From positions 62,001-126,000 of the forward strand of contig NIVC01000620.1 of assembly GCA_002269645.1 (NCBI GenBank): DNA of 64,000 nucleotides, given 5' to 3'. This document shows, piece after piece, positions 36,896 to 49,953 of this stretch (within the stretch, counting starts at the first letter, position 1; every line of letters starts with the position of its first letter). A program made the position numbers and the translations under genes. This DNA comes from Macrostomum lignano. Its lineage: Eukaryota. Under the pieces are notes generated by a model, which worked only from the letters and a program-made list of their open reading frames with translations, was not told where the DNA came from and did not search any database.

Positions 36896-37984
36896 ATGCG
36901 GCTCCACCCGATCGAGTTGCCGTCTCTTCTTCTGCTTCTTCTGCTTCAGCTGCTGCTGATGGCTGCCAGCGGAGCCGCGGACACGACCGGCTGTCCCAGA
37001 AGCTCCCGGCAGTCGCTGCAGCCCCTGCATAGCGAAGTCTGCGTGCCGGATTCGGATCGGCAGCGCCAGATTCGACTGCCGAACGCGCAGCTCATCAACG
37101 GCGCCACCGACCTGCCGTCCTGCGCCCTGGCCTGCGCTCTCCGACCGACCGTCTGCGCCGTCGCTCAGTTCCGGTTCGCTGCCCGTCTGTGTCACGTGAC
37201 CCCGGAGCTGCCGCAACCCGCCAGCGAGATCGAGGCTGCTGTGACGGCGACTCGAGGTGACTGCGTGGCGACGCTGCTGAGACGCAACGCATCCGGAGCA
37301 TCGGGCTGGCCGTTCGCTGCTCGAATGTCCGCTCTCTTCGACTTCCGCGTCTCCGATCGGAACCTCGGCGGCAGTGTCGGTGCCGGCTTCTCGACGTCGG
37401 CAACGGCGCAGTTCGTCGGGGCCGCCACGCGCAACTTGTCGGGCGCGGTGCTGCCAGGCCGGTTCAATTCGTTTGTGAAAATCCCGCTGCAATCTCCGGG
37501 ATTTCAAGCTTTTGTCTCTCCCAACAAAGAGTACTCAGTTTTCTTTAGCATCGACAGATCGCCAAGAGTTCCGTCGCGAATGATTCACCTGTGGCGGGTG
37601 GTGACGTCTGGTGGAAGCAACACGCCGTTCTGCGCGTTCGCCTACTTCTCGGGCAGCAAAGTGAAATTTGCCAACTTGTTTACCCGTCTGACTGGGTTCC
37701 TCACGGATGCCCCATTGCCTCTGGTGCCTTTGGAGAAGTTCTACATGGGCCTGAGCTACAGCAGTGCTTCTGGAGCTCACACTGTTGTCTACAATGGCAC
37801 AGCCTTTTCTGTTTCAACGAAGACCAACTACGAGCTGAATATTGGTTCCGAGTACACTGAGATCTGGCTGGGATCGCAGGGCACCAGGAATTCCGACGCT
37901 TTTGAGGGGAGAATCATCTGTTTCGCCCTTGCTCCCGTATCCATGACAACTGTGAACTTTCAAGCCTTGGGTTCAGTTTGCTGA
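36896..37984 (+). CDS. Secreted PAN/Apple + LamG/pentraxin-like (ConA-fold) protein, copy 1 (intact, 362 aa)
   Basis: Leu-rich signal peptide. CALACALRPTVCAVAQF...LCHV (PAN-like). C-terminal FVKIP...YSVFF...IWLGSQG...FEGRIICFAL resembles Laminin_G_3/pentraxin folds. Fold assignment is inferred. Confidence 0.75.
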   Translation: MRLHPIELPSLLLLLLLQLLLMAASGAADTTGCPRSSRQSLQPLHSEVCVPDSDRQRQIRLPNAQLINGATDLPSCALACALRPTVCAVAQFRFAARLCHVTPELPQPASEIEAAVTATRGDCVATLLRRNASGASGWPFAARMSALFDFRVSDRNLGGSVGAGFSTSATAQFVGAATRNLSGAVLPGRFNSFVKIPLQSPGFQAFVSPNKEYSVFFSIDRSPRVPSRMIHLWRVVTSGGSNTPFCAFAYFSGSKVKFANLFTRLTGFLTDAPLPLVPLEKFYMGLSYSSASGAHTVVYNGTAFSVSTKTNYELNIGSEYTEIWLGSQGTRNSDAFEGRIICFALAPVSMTTVNFQALGSVC

Positions 37985-38454
37985 GCTGTTTGCCACGAGT
38001 TGGACGGATTGAACTGACAACACTACTATTTTTTATTCTTTGTTGTTTGTTGTCGGCCTACTATACAATTAAGAAACACTCTGTCAGATAAGTAAAATAT
38101 CTGTCTCGCATATTTAGGTCTACTGACTTTTGTACTCGTAAGCAACCTTTTTAAAAGTACTTTTCGGTTTACCTGTTTTTTAAAATCAAATTCAATCCAA
38201 CGACCCATGCTTTATGAAGAGAAGTTTCCAAAAAAACCTGGCTATTGATACTTTATTGATTCATTGTTCGCCTTTTGTTCCACCTATCAAAAATGGCGTA
38301 GCTATCCTTGTAATAATACCTAGCTGTCCTGTTCTCGAAAGGCCCTAAATCCTTCAATACCAAAATATGGAAATAACTTTTTAAAAACTGGCAGTAATCG
38401 GTGTTTGAGCAATGCAATTTTGCGTCCTGCTAATTAGTTATTACTGATAATTAG

Positions 38455-38612
38455 AACTGGCTATGATAATTATTACTGGCTATGACAATTAGGACTGGAT
38501 ATGATAATTATGACTGGCTATGATAATTATGATTGGCTATGATAATTATGATTGGCTATGATAATTATGATTGGCTATGATAATTATGATTGGCTATGAT
38601 GATCATGACTGG
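38455..38612. repeat. Degenerate (TGGCTATGATAATTATGA)n tandem repeat; related arrays at 52425-52640 and 55655-55690
   Basis: Directly visible at the same cassette position. Confidence 0.85.
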
Positions 38613-38719
38613 CTTTGATAAGCAGTCAACACAAACAACAACAGTCAAAAGTTCTTCAAAACTTAGTCTGGCGAGAACCGCAGCAGGAGATATGCTTAGC
38701 AGTACCCTCGTATGTGCAG

Positions 38720-39197
38720 TGCGCTGAGGGCCAGACTACTTCAGTGCATGTTTGGAACGATATTTCGCTACATTCAAGGATACATATTGTCTTTCTGGAT
38801 GCCAACGTGAACGCCAATAGTTGCGCAGATCTTCAGCAGACTCGGTTCCTACCATTTGCCGATGCTGCCTTCGGAGGCGTCGGCAACTCCATTCTCCAGG
38901 ATGACAACGGTCGCCACACCAAGCGGATGCTGTCAGTCAACTCAGAACAGCAACAGCTGTGCGCTCTACGCTGATCTTTCCTGTCCTCAGACCTGAATTC
39001 CATTGAGCACGTCTGGGACTTCCTCAAAAGCAGCATTCGAAAAGAGAATCCACCACAGAATGTTGCGGAGCTGCGTCATGCCGCTGAAAACGCTGGGCAG
39101 CAGCTTCCGCAGGACTCTCTGTGCCGCCTCATCCTGGGGATACCCTGAAGAGTCGACACGCTTCTGCATGCGAGGGGCTCCCACACGCGTCATTAAG
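38720..39197 (+). mobile_element. Tc1-like transposase C-terminal fragment
   Basis: SVHVWNDISLH, ILQDDNGRH, SDLNSIEHVWDFLKSSIR...PQNVAELR and ...RGSHTRH*, across frameshifts. Confidence 0.85.
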
Positions 39198-40397
39198 CAT
39201 CGCGATTCTAACTGAATATTGCATATAGATGAACTATTATGATTTTGTGCGACTGACGTTTACTATTGATTCAATCAACTTTCCCTTCCTCTTTAAAGGA
39301 GTTAAACTAAGAGTCCCTTACTTAGAGTTAAATTGTCAGTGAGCAGCTGTCGGAATGAGTAAGAAAATTTTCTGAATGTTCGCTATGACAATTTCGATTG
39401 TATCTAACAATATCAGATAAAAATAATGGCACAACCCAGTGCCGTAGTTTCTTAGGCACAGACAATGAGCAGTACTCGTAATCTCTAGAAAATGTTCTTG
39501 GCACTGGGTCTCACGTTCGGCAGCGAAATTTCTGCGCCTGCTTGGATGCAGTTACAGACACCGGACTGATAGTCAAACAAGCAGCTGCTGAATTTACTTC
39601 CGATCACGTCTGGGTACTGACTCTCGCAATTTACTTCTATTTCTATTTCTATTTCTGACTTCTATTTGCTTGCTTTAGAAGTTAAAGTTAATCCTTAACT
39701 TTGCGATGTATACAGAGAATTCACATGCATGGGCACGAAAGTAACCAAGCAAGATGAGTCAACATCGCGAAACCGGTACCAACTCTGTCTGATCCACGCA
39801 TATTGTGTTCTGCCAGAGTTGAAAAAGATAGATGCACTAACTAAAATTGTTCTAATCATCTTTATACAATAGCGAGTATTATGCTCGTAGACTGAAACTG
39901 ATGGCTAATTGCTACGACCTAGGTACTCAGTTCGACGCCCTGGAGCGAAACATCTTTGATTCCCATAGCGGGCCACAAGGTAGGCATGGAACAAAGCATT
40001 GGTATTTTCCCACAGCTTTTCCCATGTCCTCCCATGTACCCACAGTAGCAAAGACTCTGGTTGATTATATATGCACTGAGACTTTAACATCGTTGACATC
40101 TGCTAAAAACTTGTCAATTTTCTCATGACGGAGCTAAAAGTCTTTGAGGTAGCATCTTCAGTCGTAAAAAAGTTTTTCAGCTTCCTTTGAACGGCTGAGC
40201 CTCAGTTTTGAGTCACACAAAAGGTGGAGAAAAGTAAGAAACTGCTCCCGTTTGAGCATTTTCAAACAGTTGCATGTTTTCTGCTCAAACAGAAAGAAGA
40301 GGCACTCGAATCGAAGGCTACGAGTCTAAATTCTGAGCTGAAACTCTGCTGCTCCTGCGTCTGTCGACTTTACCGTCGCAGTTTCTGAAGCACAGCC

Positions 40398-41164
40398 ATG
40401 AGCAATAATCTCTTGACGATGAGCATAAAACTCTTGACGACGTTTTTGGCTCTGGGCCTCACGCTCGGCAGTGACAACCAGCAGCTGTATGTTCTCATCA
40501 ACGGATATCTCTGCATCAACGGCGAGTTTGTTGAGACCTACTCAAGCGTACTCAACAAAGTCGGGTGCGCCGCTCTGTGCACCCAAAACCAGCGCTGTCA
40601 GGCGTTCAGCCTGGCTGACGGTCCGTGCCAGCTGTTCGTGTTCGACAAGTGCAGCAAGTCGGTGAGGAGCTGCGGCTGCTCCAGGAGAGGCCGTGTGTTC
40701 GTCAAGCAGCGGCCGGGACTCGAGGCGGACGCGCTGTGCCCGTCTGGCTACGGCATGGACCTGTGCGGAGTGAAGTACAGGCTGTACTCTGGCATCGGGA
40801 CGTGGTTGCAGAGCAGGCAGAAGTGCGAGTCAGAGAGCGGTCTGGTCATCATGGCCGACGTGACCAGCGAGCAGGAGATGAGCCACGTGGACTCGATCTA
40901 CTCGAACTACAGCTCAGGTCAATCTATCTGGCTCGGAGGCCTCCAGCCAGAAGGCAGTGCTGAGCTGAGCCGGCTGGCGGCTGGTACTGGGTCGGCTGCA
41001 ATGACACCGTGGACGCTGCTCTGTGGGCCGACGGTGAGCCCAACGACTATGGAGGTGTCGAAAATATTTTATTCAGATACCTTGGTTTAGCTGGTCTGAG
41101 CGACTGTACCGGGAAATGCATCATGTCTGCCGTTCTGTGCGAGTGCGTCTCTCCCTTCGCCTGA
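40398..41164 (+). pseudogene. PAN-like + C-type lectin copy 2, +5 frameshift
   Basis: TGAGC duplicated at 40961-40970. The shifted frame continues WADGEPNDYGGVEN...VLCECVSPFA* to 41164. Confidence 0.88.
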
Positions 41165-41967
41165 TTCCCGGATGCTGCGCTGTCAACTGCATCGGTCTTG
41201 GGAATAACCCAGGTGTTAAAACTGTCGTGTCGAACATGTGCTTTACCCTGAAATTAGCTGAGCAAGGCACTGAGTCATCTCCGTTTCAACTTTTAATATA
41301 TCTCTTAACTTCTAAAGGCATATATAGGAATTCCAGCGATCTGAATCACTGGTTGTGTTGGGACGCCGGAAAACATTCCCCTAATTTTATTTCAAGTTTT
41401 TGCAAGCCTTTTATAATACATCGTACTCTCCTCGAGCCTGCTAGCTTAGTCTTTTGTCTTAGTCTTAGTCTTAGTGTCTTATTCTGGAGTTTTACTTCTC
41501 GCCCATTTCTAACACTAATATTTACAGATTAAAGTAGGAATTATACTACTCGCACTAGGAAGTTTACTAAAGTATGGGCCTATACATTTTGTCGAATTCG
41601 ATCTACGAGTATATGCTTTAAGTTGTGGCGCACTTGAGATATAAAAATTCTTTTCTGCGATTAGTTAATATTTGCAAATTAATGAGTTTTACCTCTCACT
41701 TCAAAATAAATGAATTAATATTAATGAAGTTTACCTCCCGTTTCACAACAAATAACTCATTATTAGTAATTTTTGCCTCTCGTTTTACAATAGATTTACA
41801 ATAGAATTAATTTTAATTGTTTAATTCCCGTTTCAAAATTAATAAATGATTATTTACGAATTTTAAACTAAACTCAACGAATGAGAAGACCTTAAATTTT
41901 TGCCAACTGTTAGGCGTGACAATCATCAGCCTAATAAACAATGATTCACACCTTTATAAATCAGAAG

Positions 41968-42035
41968 CGCCCACCAAGAGACAGGGGCGCCCACCAAGAG
42001 ACAGGGGTGCCCACCAAGAGACAGGGGCACCCACC
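41968..42035. repeat. Cassette VNTR copy 2 (ACAGGGGCGCCCACCAAGAG, about 3-4 copies)
   Basis: Directly visible. Confidence 0.85.
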
Positions 42036-42194
42036 AGTGCAAAGAATGCAGTTCAGGCGTCTGTAAATAAACAAAGAGTTCAAGTATTCTACGTAAGTGA
42101 TTAGTGAACAAACATATTTTTTGGTCAAACAATCAAAGCAAGCACACTCTGCAAAAGCAATAAAATTTACGTCATGTCAGGAAGCTTCTGTAGT

Positions 42195-42256
42195 GCGCCC
42201 TCTAGTGTACATTATGGCGCCCTCTAGTGTACATTATGGCGCCCTCTAGTGCACAT
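42195..42256. repeat. 22-bp tandem repeat GCGCCCTCTAGTGTACATTATG, about 3 copies
   Basis: Directly visible. Confidence 0.9.
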
Positions 42257-44037
42257 ACTCTAGTCACTAGTGAGAAAAATATTCTTAATCTGGTTCTTAA
42301 TATGATTGTAAACTTATGCTTTTTTGATCGCATGTAATACACTGTAAACATTTATTTTATTTTAGCATTAAAATTGTTACGATTCCTGCCACATATGCTA
42401 CTAATAGTAGCGCTTTAAGTAGTCTTTAGGACACGAAATGTGAGGGCTGATGCATAGAATGGCTGAGGACTCAGATAGAACTGCTGGCAGTTATAGAATA
42501 CGCTCGTATAGCTACTAAACAATGGAATGGAATGCCACCAACTTTTACATGTCATTTCGGATACAACTGCTGTTTATGGATCTTAATCCATCCAAACTTT
42601 TAGACAAAAAGTAATCCGATGAGAAAGGACCAACAACGGACTGAGAAAATAATCAGTACCAGGAGGACTGAAGGCGGACCCACAAAAAAGAACACCCGCA
42701 GGGGTACTTTTGATGCTTTTAAAACTGCAAACGGGACATTTCCAGTCAGGATTTCAATTTTAGAAAAATAAAAAATATTGAACACCTGCTCGGAAAATAC
42801 TACCTAGAGAAATTTCAATAGATTATATTCAATTTAAATATTCAATAGAATATCTGCTTAGCATCCATAAGCTCTACTGCCTAAATCCATCCAAACAACT
42901 TTTTTCGGAAAAGTTATTGTCTATTTAAAATCGAATTAAATTCAACGACCCATGCTGTTTGAACAAAATTTACCAAAAAACATACATACTATTGATAAAT
43001 CCTTCTGGTTCATTGTTTGCCTTTTATTCCACCTATCCAAAGAATTGTGCAGCTATCCTTAGCTAGCTGCCCCGAGCTCAAAAGGCCTTAAATCTTTGAA
43101 TACTAATAATTTACGAATATCTGAGAAAAACTGACATTATTTAGTTTTTCGAACAATGCAATTTTACTGCTATTGCTACTTAATTATTAATGAAAATTTT
43201 GATTGGCTTACGATTGCCTATGCTATAATGAGGTATCAAGAGAGTTCACGTCTGGGTATTGGCTCTCGCAATTTCTGTGAGTCTTCTCACAGAAATTGCA
43301 CATGAGACCTGTTTCTTCTTTCTGTAGAAGTGAAAGTTACTTTTAAAACTTGCGATCTTTACAGAGAATTCGAATATGCATAGACACAAAAGTACATATA
43401 TAACCAAGCAAGATAAGTAACATCGTAAAACTGATTTCATTTCTCTCTGATCCACTCATATGGTGTTCCGCCAAAGTTGAAAAAGATACATGTTTTCACT
43501 AAAAATTGTCCTAATCACCTTTATATAAAAGTGAGTATTAGACTCAATCATAGTTTACTTGCGACGAACTTATCTTGCCACTCAATTCAACACTCTGTGA
43601 TTCCCATAACGGGCCACAAGGTGGCGTAGAACAAAGCATTGGTATTTTCCGCCCACAGCTTTTCACACGTCCTCCTATGTCCATCGGTGGCAAATACTCT
43701 GGTTGATAATATATGCACTGACACTTTAACATCGTTGAAATTTGCTTAAAACTTGTCAATTTTCCCATGAGCGAGAGAAAGTCTATAAGGAAGAGTCTTT
43801 GAGGATGAAAGAATCTTAGGATTCTTTGAGGAATAATCCTGAGGAGGTTTTTCAGCTTTCTTTGAACGGCTGAGCCCTTAGTTTTTAGTCACACAAGTTC
43901 TCAAATAGGTGCATGTTTACTGCTCAAATACAGCTGAGACGCTCTCGAATCGGAGGCTACGAGTATAAATCTTGAGCTGAAACTCTGCTGCTCCTGCGTC
44001 TCTAAATTTTGCCTTCATAGTTTCTTAAGCATTGACG

Positions 44038-44778
44038 ATGAGCAGTAATCTCTTGACGATGTACTTGGCTCTGGGCCTCACGCTCGGCAGTGACAACCAG
44101 CAGCTGTATGTTCTCATCAACGGATATCTCTGCATCAACGGCGAGTTTGTTGAGACCTACTCAAGCGTACTCAACAAAGTCGGCTGCGCCGCTCTGTGCG
44201 CCCAAAACCAGCGCTGTCAGGCGTTCAGCCTGGCTGACGGTCCGTGCCAGCTGTTCGTGTTCGACAAGTGCAGCAAGTCGGTGAGGAGCTGCGGCTGCTC
44301 TAGGAGAGGCCGGGTGTTCGTCAAGCAGCGGCCGGGACTCGAGGCGGGCGCGCTGTGTCCGTCTGGCTACGGCATGCAGCTGTGCGGAGTGAAGTACAGG
44401 CTGTACTCTGGCATCGGGAAGTGGCGGTTGGGCAGGCAGAAGTGCGAGTCAGAGAGCGGTCTGGTCATCATGGCCGACGTGACCAGCACCCAGGAGATGA
44501 GCCATGTGGACTCGATCTACTCGAACTACAGCTCTGAACAATCGATCTGGCTCGGAGGCCTCCAGCCAGCAGGCAGTGCGGAGCCGGATGGCGGCTGGTA
44601 CTGGGTCGGCTGTAATGACACCGTGGACGCTGCTCTGTGGGACAAAAATGAGGCCAACAACGATAGAGGTGTCGAAAATGTTATATTCAGATTCCATGGT
44701 GTAGCTGGTCTGTCCGATTGTGCTGAGACATGCACTGTGTCTACCGTTCTGTGCGAGTGCGTCTCGCCCTTCATCTGA
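44038..44778 (+). CDS. PAN-like + C-type lectin copy 3 (intact; EAN in place of EPN)
   Basis: Open frame from ATG 44038. Same architecture as copy 1. Confidence 0.87.
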   Translation: MSSNLLTMYLALGLTLGSDNQQLYVLINGYLCINGEFVETYSSVLNKVGCAALCAQNQRCQAFSLADGPCQLFVFDKCSKSVRSCGCSRRGRVFVKQRPGLEAGALCPSGYGMQLCGVKYRLYSGIGKWRLGRQKCESESGLVIMADVTSTQEMSHVDSIYSNYSSEQSIWLGGLQPAGSAEPDGGWYWVGCNDTVDAALWDKNEANNDRGVENVIFRFHGVAGLSDCAETCTVSTVLCECVSPFI

Positions 44779-45447
44779 TGCACGGATGCCGCGGGGTCAC
44801 AACTTGCTGGTCTTTGGAATAACCCTGGTGTCAAAACTGTCGTGTCGAACATGTGATTCACCTTGAATTTTTGCTGAACAACGATTTGGATGATATTACA
44901 GAAATATACAGGAATTCCAGCGATTAGAATAACTCGCTGTGTTAGGACGCGGATGGCAAGCCTTTATGATACATCGCAGTCTCTTTCAATGCTGGCTTGG
45001 TCTTTTGCATCGTGTGCTGGTATCAAGAGCAGCATATATTAGCAGGAACTGTTCATGAATGCACGACTTTGTAAAATTTCAGTACTTTATGTGATGGACA
45101 AATTCTGGAATTATTCTTCTCGCCGAAATTCAAAGCTAGAATACAGTGAAGCACATTCACGAGAAAAGTTGAATCAATTTTACTAAAATTTAGACCTGAT
45201 TTTGTCAAAAGGGATCTATACTCTCGTACATGTATGCTTCAAGTTATGGCGCACTTTATATTGCTAAAATTGTTCTGCGATAGATAAGCTCTCGTGTCCA
45301 AAATTAATGAATGATTATTAAATAATTTTAACCCAAACTCGGCGAATGAGAAGAGATCAATCTTTGCCACTTCTTGAACGTGACAATCGCCAGCCTAATA
45401 GACAGGGAGAGAGGCGCCTGTTTGTAAATCAGGAGCGCCCAACAAAA

Positions 45448-45690
45448 GACAGGGGCGACCACCAAGAAAGAGGGGGCGACTACCAAGAGAGAGGGGGCGA
45501 CCACCAAGAGAGAGGGGGGCCGACTACCAAGAAAGAGGGGGCGACTACCAAGAGAGAGGGGGGGCGACTACCAAGAGAGAGGGGGCGACCACCAAGAGAG
45601 AGGGGGGGGGCGACTACCAAGAAAGGGGGGCCGACTACCAAGAAAGAGGGGGCGACTACCAAGAGAGAGGGGGGCGACTACCAAGAGAGA
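45448..45690. repeat. Cassette VNTR copy 3 (about 21-bp G-rich unit)
   Basis: Directly visible. Confidence 0.9.
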
Positions 45691-45867
45691 GGGTCTGCAA
45701 GTTTGTAGGCAAAACTCTCAAGCTCTCACACTCGCCGCGCTCTCATATACATATCATATATTAGATTACTATCGATAGCTAACAGGTGTACATCGAATGT
45801 ACACACTATTACGCACACGCATAGAGTAGCGACACAACATTCTCCTTATCTTCCGATGAGCGGAATC

Positions 45868-46050
45868 GCTCAGCGGCGAGCTGCGGTGCAGGCTGAGGCA
45901 TCCCGCAGCTGAGCCCGCCAGGGCTGGAGTCAGGACTCAGGCTTCGGTGGTGCAGTCTGTGTCGGCTCATCCGAAACTGTGCAGAAACTGGGCGATGCCG
46001 TGTTCTTGTGGGCAGATCCGGCCCATGCTATCGCTGGTGAGCCTCAGTGA
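45868..46050 (+). pseudogene. WDR83: Orphan WDR83 terminal exon, copy 4 (short 3' fragment)
   Basis: LSGELRCRLRHPAAEPARAG...EPQ* is nearly identical to the other copies, with a small deletion. Confidence 0.78.
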
Positions 46051-46507
46051 CCTCTCGTGTCGTCTAGTGAAGTTTTTAATAAACTTTACATTTGCATTTT
46101 TCTAGTATTTCTGTCGGTTGTGCTGATTGAGTTTATCTTGTATTAATTACACTTGTACGACTACAGTGGGAGCGCTGTCGCTACTCAAAAACTCATTTCT
46201 CAAACTTCTTCGTGTTTAGAAAATAACTTCTGGTATACATGTAATGATTTAGATCTGATGCAGGTTTATGTTTTATGAACGCTCTAAATGAATGGTTATT
46301 AGAAACTTTGTGTTTTTGAAAAGTTTTTATATTTAGTATTCTAACAGGACCTTGCAGAACGGCATACGTAGTAATCGTAGTAAAAAGGCCAAAAACAAAT
46401 TGATATAAATGAGTGACAAGGCCACTACCAACCAAAAAAGTGAAACGGAACAGAAAACTGTCGCTGCAGAAGCTATAGGGGGGCTATTTTTCGCTGCCGA
46501 AAATTAA

Positions 46508-48123
46508 ATCACCCGTCTTCGTCTTCATCTTCTTGCTCATATCCAGACACAGTCAATACGCAAGGTTGTCACAAAGACTCGACCATTCTGCAGCTTTGCC
46601 ACTTTGTACTGAGCGCCTCCATGCGAGGACAGAATGTACTGCGGTGTCTTTGATTTCGGCTGCAATTTAAGTATAGATGCGCAGGGAGCCAGTTGAAGTT
46701 CAGCTGGAGAAGAGTTCTCCCCAGCGACATCATATACAAGCTCTTCTGTGTCACTGCACAAGCCTGGCATCCGCCAGGGCCTGCAACGGAACGACCTCGG
46801 GTTGATCAGCTTTTTAGTAATGTGCACACAGTGAAAACATCGCACCTGTCAGACAAAAACAGCATCTGATCTCTGACTGACATTTTCGAATCTTCTTTAA
46901 AGAGCTCACAACCACTGGGTATGGGAAAAGCAGCTGAAACTTTCCAGAGTCTTTATCGACTCCAACAATCTCCGGACTGCCGTCTTGTTCTTCAACTAGA
47001 GCAAACAGCTTGTCGCAGTTTTCAGCAATGCACCACAGCTCTTTGGCGCCTTCGTGCAACTCGGTGATGCAGATTCTTGACTTGAGAGCTCTGCTGAGGT
47101 CGGTCACTGTCACCGATGTCTCCTGGGCGATGAACAGCAGCTGTCGCTCATTGTCGCAGTGGAGATCTCGGATTGAATGATCGGCCTCCCAGCTGCACGT
47201 CATGCGTCCAACTTCTATTGCATCATCGGAGAGCAGCAAAATTTTAAAGGCCATGTCATTCGGGTTTTCCGGCAGTACCGAACGCGTTATAAAGCTTTTA
47301 TGCTGCTCTTGATCAGCTTTAGGTTGAACAGCTACAAAGATACTCGGCTGTGGCAGACAGTCACTACAATCCTTAGTAGCCTTCTCAATCATACCTGACT
47401 CGTCAATGACAAAACCTGTGGTGTTGCTGCACACTGTGAGACATACTGCATACTGCGTCGTCTTCAGCATCTCTGCCTCGCTTATGCTCTCTTCTGCTTG
47501 AATTAAAATCTCTTCATTAATCTGCCCAGAATCGGCAGCAGCATCAAACTGCTCAACGAGTTTTTTGAGTAAAACCAACTCGGCTCTCAGTCCGGTCCCA
47601 AGCTCTCTTATTCTCTAGTTCAAATCCGGGTAAGCTGCGATTTCGACTGTCTGACTTTCCCCATCAAATCTCACCAGATTCGAGTCCAGCTGCAATGTCT
47701 TAAGCGATCCCTCCATGCTCCTGTTGATGAGGAAGGCCTGCCTCGTGTTTTTGTCATCCTTGGCTCTGTTTAGCTCTTTTTTAAAGTCGTCCAGCTCTGA
47801 GACACTTGACAGGTGGTCCATGAGTTGGTCATGCTGTTTGATAACGACAGCAACGAGCTCACTTTGGCACCTGTCCAATATCTCTCTCAGGTCGGTAAAG
47901 GTGTCATCGAGCAGCTGCAGGTCGGATGCCTCAGTTGCATCAGTCTCATGGGCTCCTGGTACTTATTGAAGAGCTGCACTTTGTGGGCTACTCTGGCTTG
48001 AGCCTCGTCTACTTCGATGAAGTCTTGCAGCATGTGCAGGTCGCAGAGAGGCTGGCAGGTTACAGGTGACTCACCAATAGCGGGACTGCGGCAGAGGCGC
48101 ATTGAACAAGGAGCGGGTTGCAT
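46508..48123 (-). pseudogene. Gene A copy 6, multiply frameshifted and more diverged
   Basis: ORFs 47887-48186, 47615-47878, 46814-47578 and 46537-46845 tile the paralogous protein. ATG at 48123. Confidence 0.88.
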
Positions 48124-48143
48124 GATTGCAGATTTTCGGCTTG

Positions 48144-49124
48144 AAGAGTTGATTCGGGAGGTGATCAGTCTCCCGAAAACTCCCACTTCCAGACCTCAAG
48201 CCTGGGAACAAAATCAGTGATCACTTACTGTTGCGGGCTCCTCTTCTTTGTCGCGCGCGTCTGTAGAGCTCGTCTCCGTTCGTTCCTCCCGGGGTAGTCT
48301 TCTTGAAGTCTAGAGCGTAACAATTAAATCGACGTCGCAGTATTTCTTCAAGTGCAGAATTTAATATATTCTCGAGTGCCGAAATCAATGTCAACGATGC
48401 GCCCTAGTAACAAAATCAGCTTATATACGAGGTCCTCCAGAAAGGGCGTCTTCTTCTAGAACTAACGGAATCGGAGTCGTGTGCTCCTATCGGTTAATCT
48501 AGGATAACCAAAATCAATCAAATCGATAATCCTCTAAGGGTATCGGAATCGGTCCGCAGATCCTATCCAATCCCTTAGGAAAATGGGAGGCCTCAAACTC
48601 AATAGACTCAATAAAATCAACTGAACAGTAACGGCCGGCAATAACAATCGCTCTCAATAATCAAAATAACGAAGACTTGAACAAAGCTTACCAATTGGTG
48701 TTTATCTCTTCCTCAGAGATATAGCCTCGTTTGGCTGCTCTTGCAAAGCCCAATATCTTTGGAGGCTGCTCCGAGTCTGAGATTTCAGCTCGGATTTTGC
48801 GTTTGTATTTATACATAATTTTTCGGCCTTAAGTCGACCTTGAGCTCAAAACCGGTTTTTTGATGAGTTCACGAAAGGAATTTTATTATTTGACAGGTGG
48901 GGCTTTTGAATAGAAAGGGGTGAGACTTGGGTTACATTCAGGTTAACATTTACCATATTTGGAAGTTCTAAAAATAGATGTCGAGAACCGGTTTCTTCGA
49001 ACAATAGCATAGTCATTCGCTATTTGCGTGATATTACTGGTATTACTAAAAATAGAGTATGACACATAGCTATTTTTAAATTTGTGTTCATAATTTTATC
49101 TTACTACTTCTAGTAGGCTACCAT
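48144..49124. mobile_element. About 1-kb insertion in the 5' leader of gene A copy 6, unclassified
   Basis: Absent from the otherwise colinear leaders of copies 1, 4 and 7. Flanked by GCTTG at 48139-48143 and 49125-49129. Confidence 0.55.
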
Positions 49125-49953
49125 GCTTGTAGGCGCTTTGTGTACGAACAGCGCTAGTGCGTTGCAGCTTTTCTCTTCGTAACTTTTATGCTCTGGGTTG
49201 TAGAGAGGAGTGTATTCATAGTCTAGCGTGTGCTCGTTTAGTATATTTAGATTTGGAAAGTACTGTACAGTACTAAATACAGAGCAGGCATTTTGATATT
49301 AATACATGTATGCAGCTTTCCTATCCCTAAGGAAAGAAATTACTGATGAGAGTAAGGACCTTGTGAGACCTAACAGACAGGATTCAGACTATTGTACGAG
49401 TGGGCAAAAATTTTCTAACTTGATTGGCTTGCTTTATCGATTTATCTATTCTTAACTGTGCATACATTTTCTTCTTCATAAGTCATTTCTCCACTGACTG
49501 CTGCAGTGCGACAGCCGAGTGACAGCTTTTGACCTTCTTGCACGAATGTGACCAAAAGACGCGGTAGCAAGCTGTGGTGGATGCAACTTCGCTGAGGTGA
49601 ACTGCAAGTCGATGTCGGTAACTCCAGCTAAATCATCCGTGTTCTTGAAGAATGAGACCTTACAGGGTCATGATGACAGCTCGAGCGGCAGGATGAAGAT
49701 GATACAGGGTAGAATTCTTTTCAAAGACTGACAGAAAGCATAGCATAGATAAGCGCGTGAAGAAAGGTCAAATATGGCTATTGCCCCGGATCCCTAAAAA
49801 CTCATGCTACAGTTTGATGGTTATCACAAGCGCTACTCATTGGCTGATCTGCCAAGCCGTGCTCAAGCCAAATACAGCGACTCAGTTCCAACAATTTTCA
49901 TATCCACCACATCTGTGCGTGTCTCACCGTTTGTTAACTAATTTGATTTACCG

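Noticed and set aside
36890-37507. 205-aa Arg-rich minus-strand ORF (also 49948-50565)
   Set aside because: Antisense shadow of the GC-rich PAN-LamG gene. It stays open in both copies, but this is expected at that GC content.
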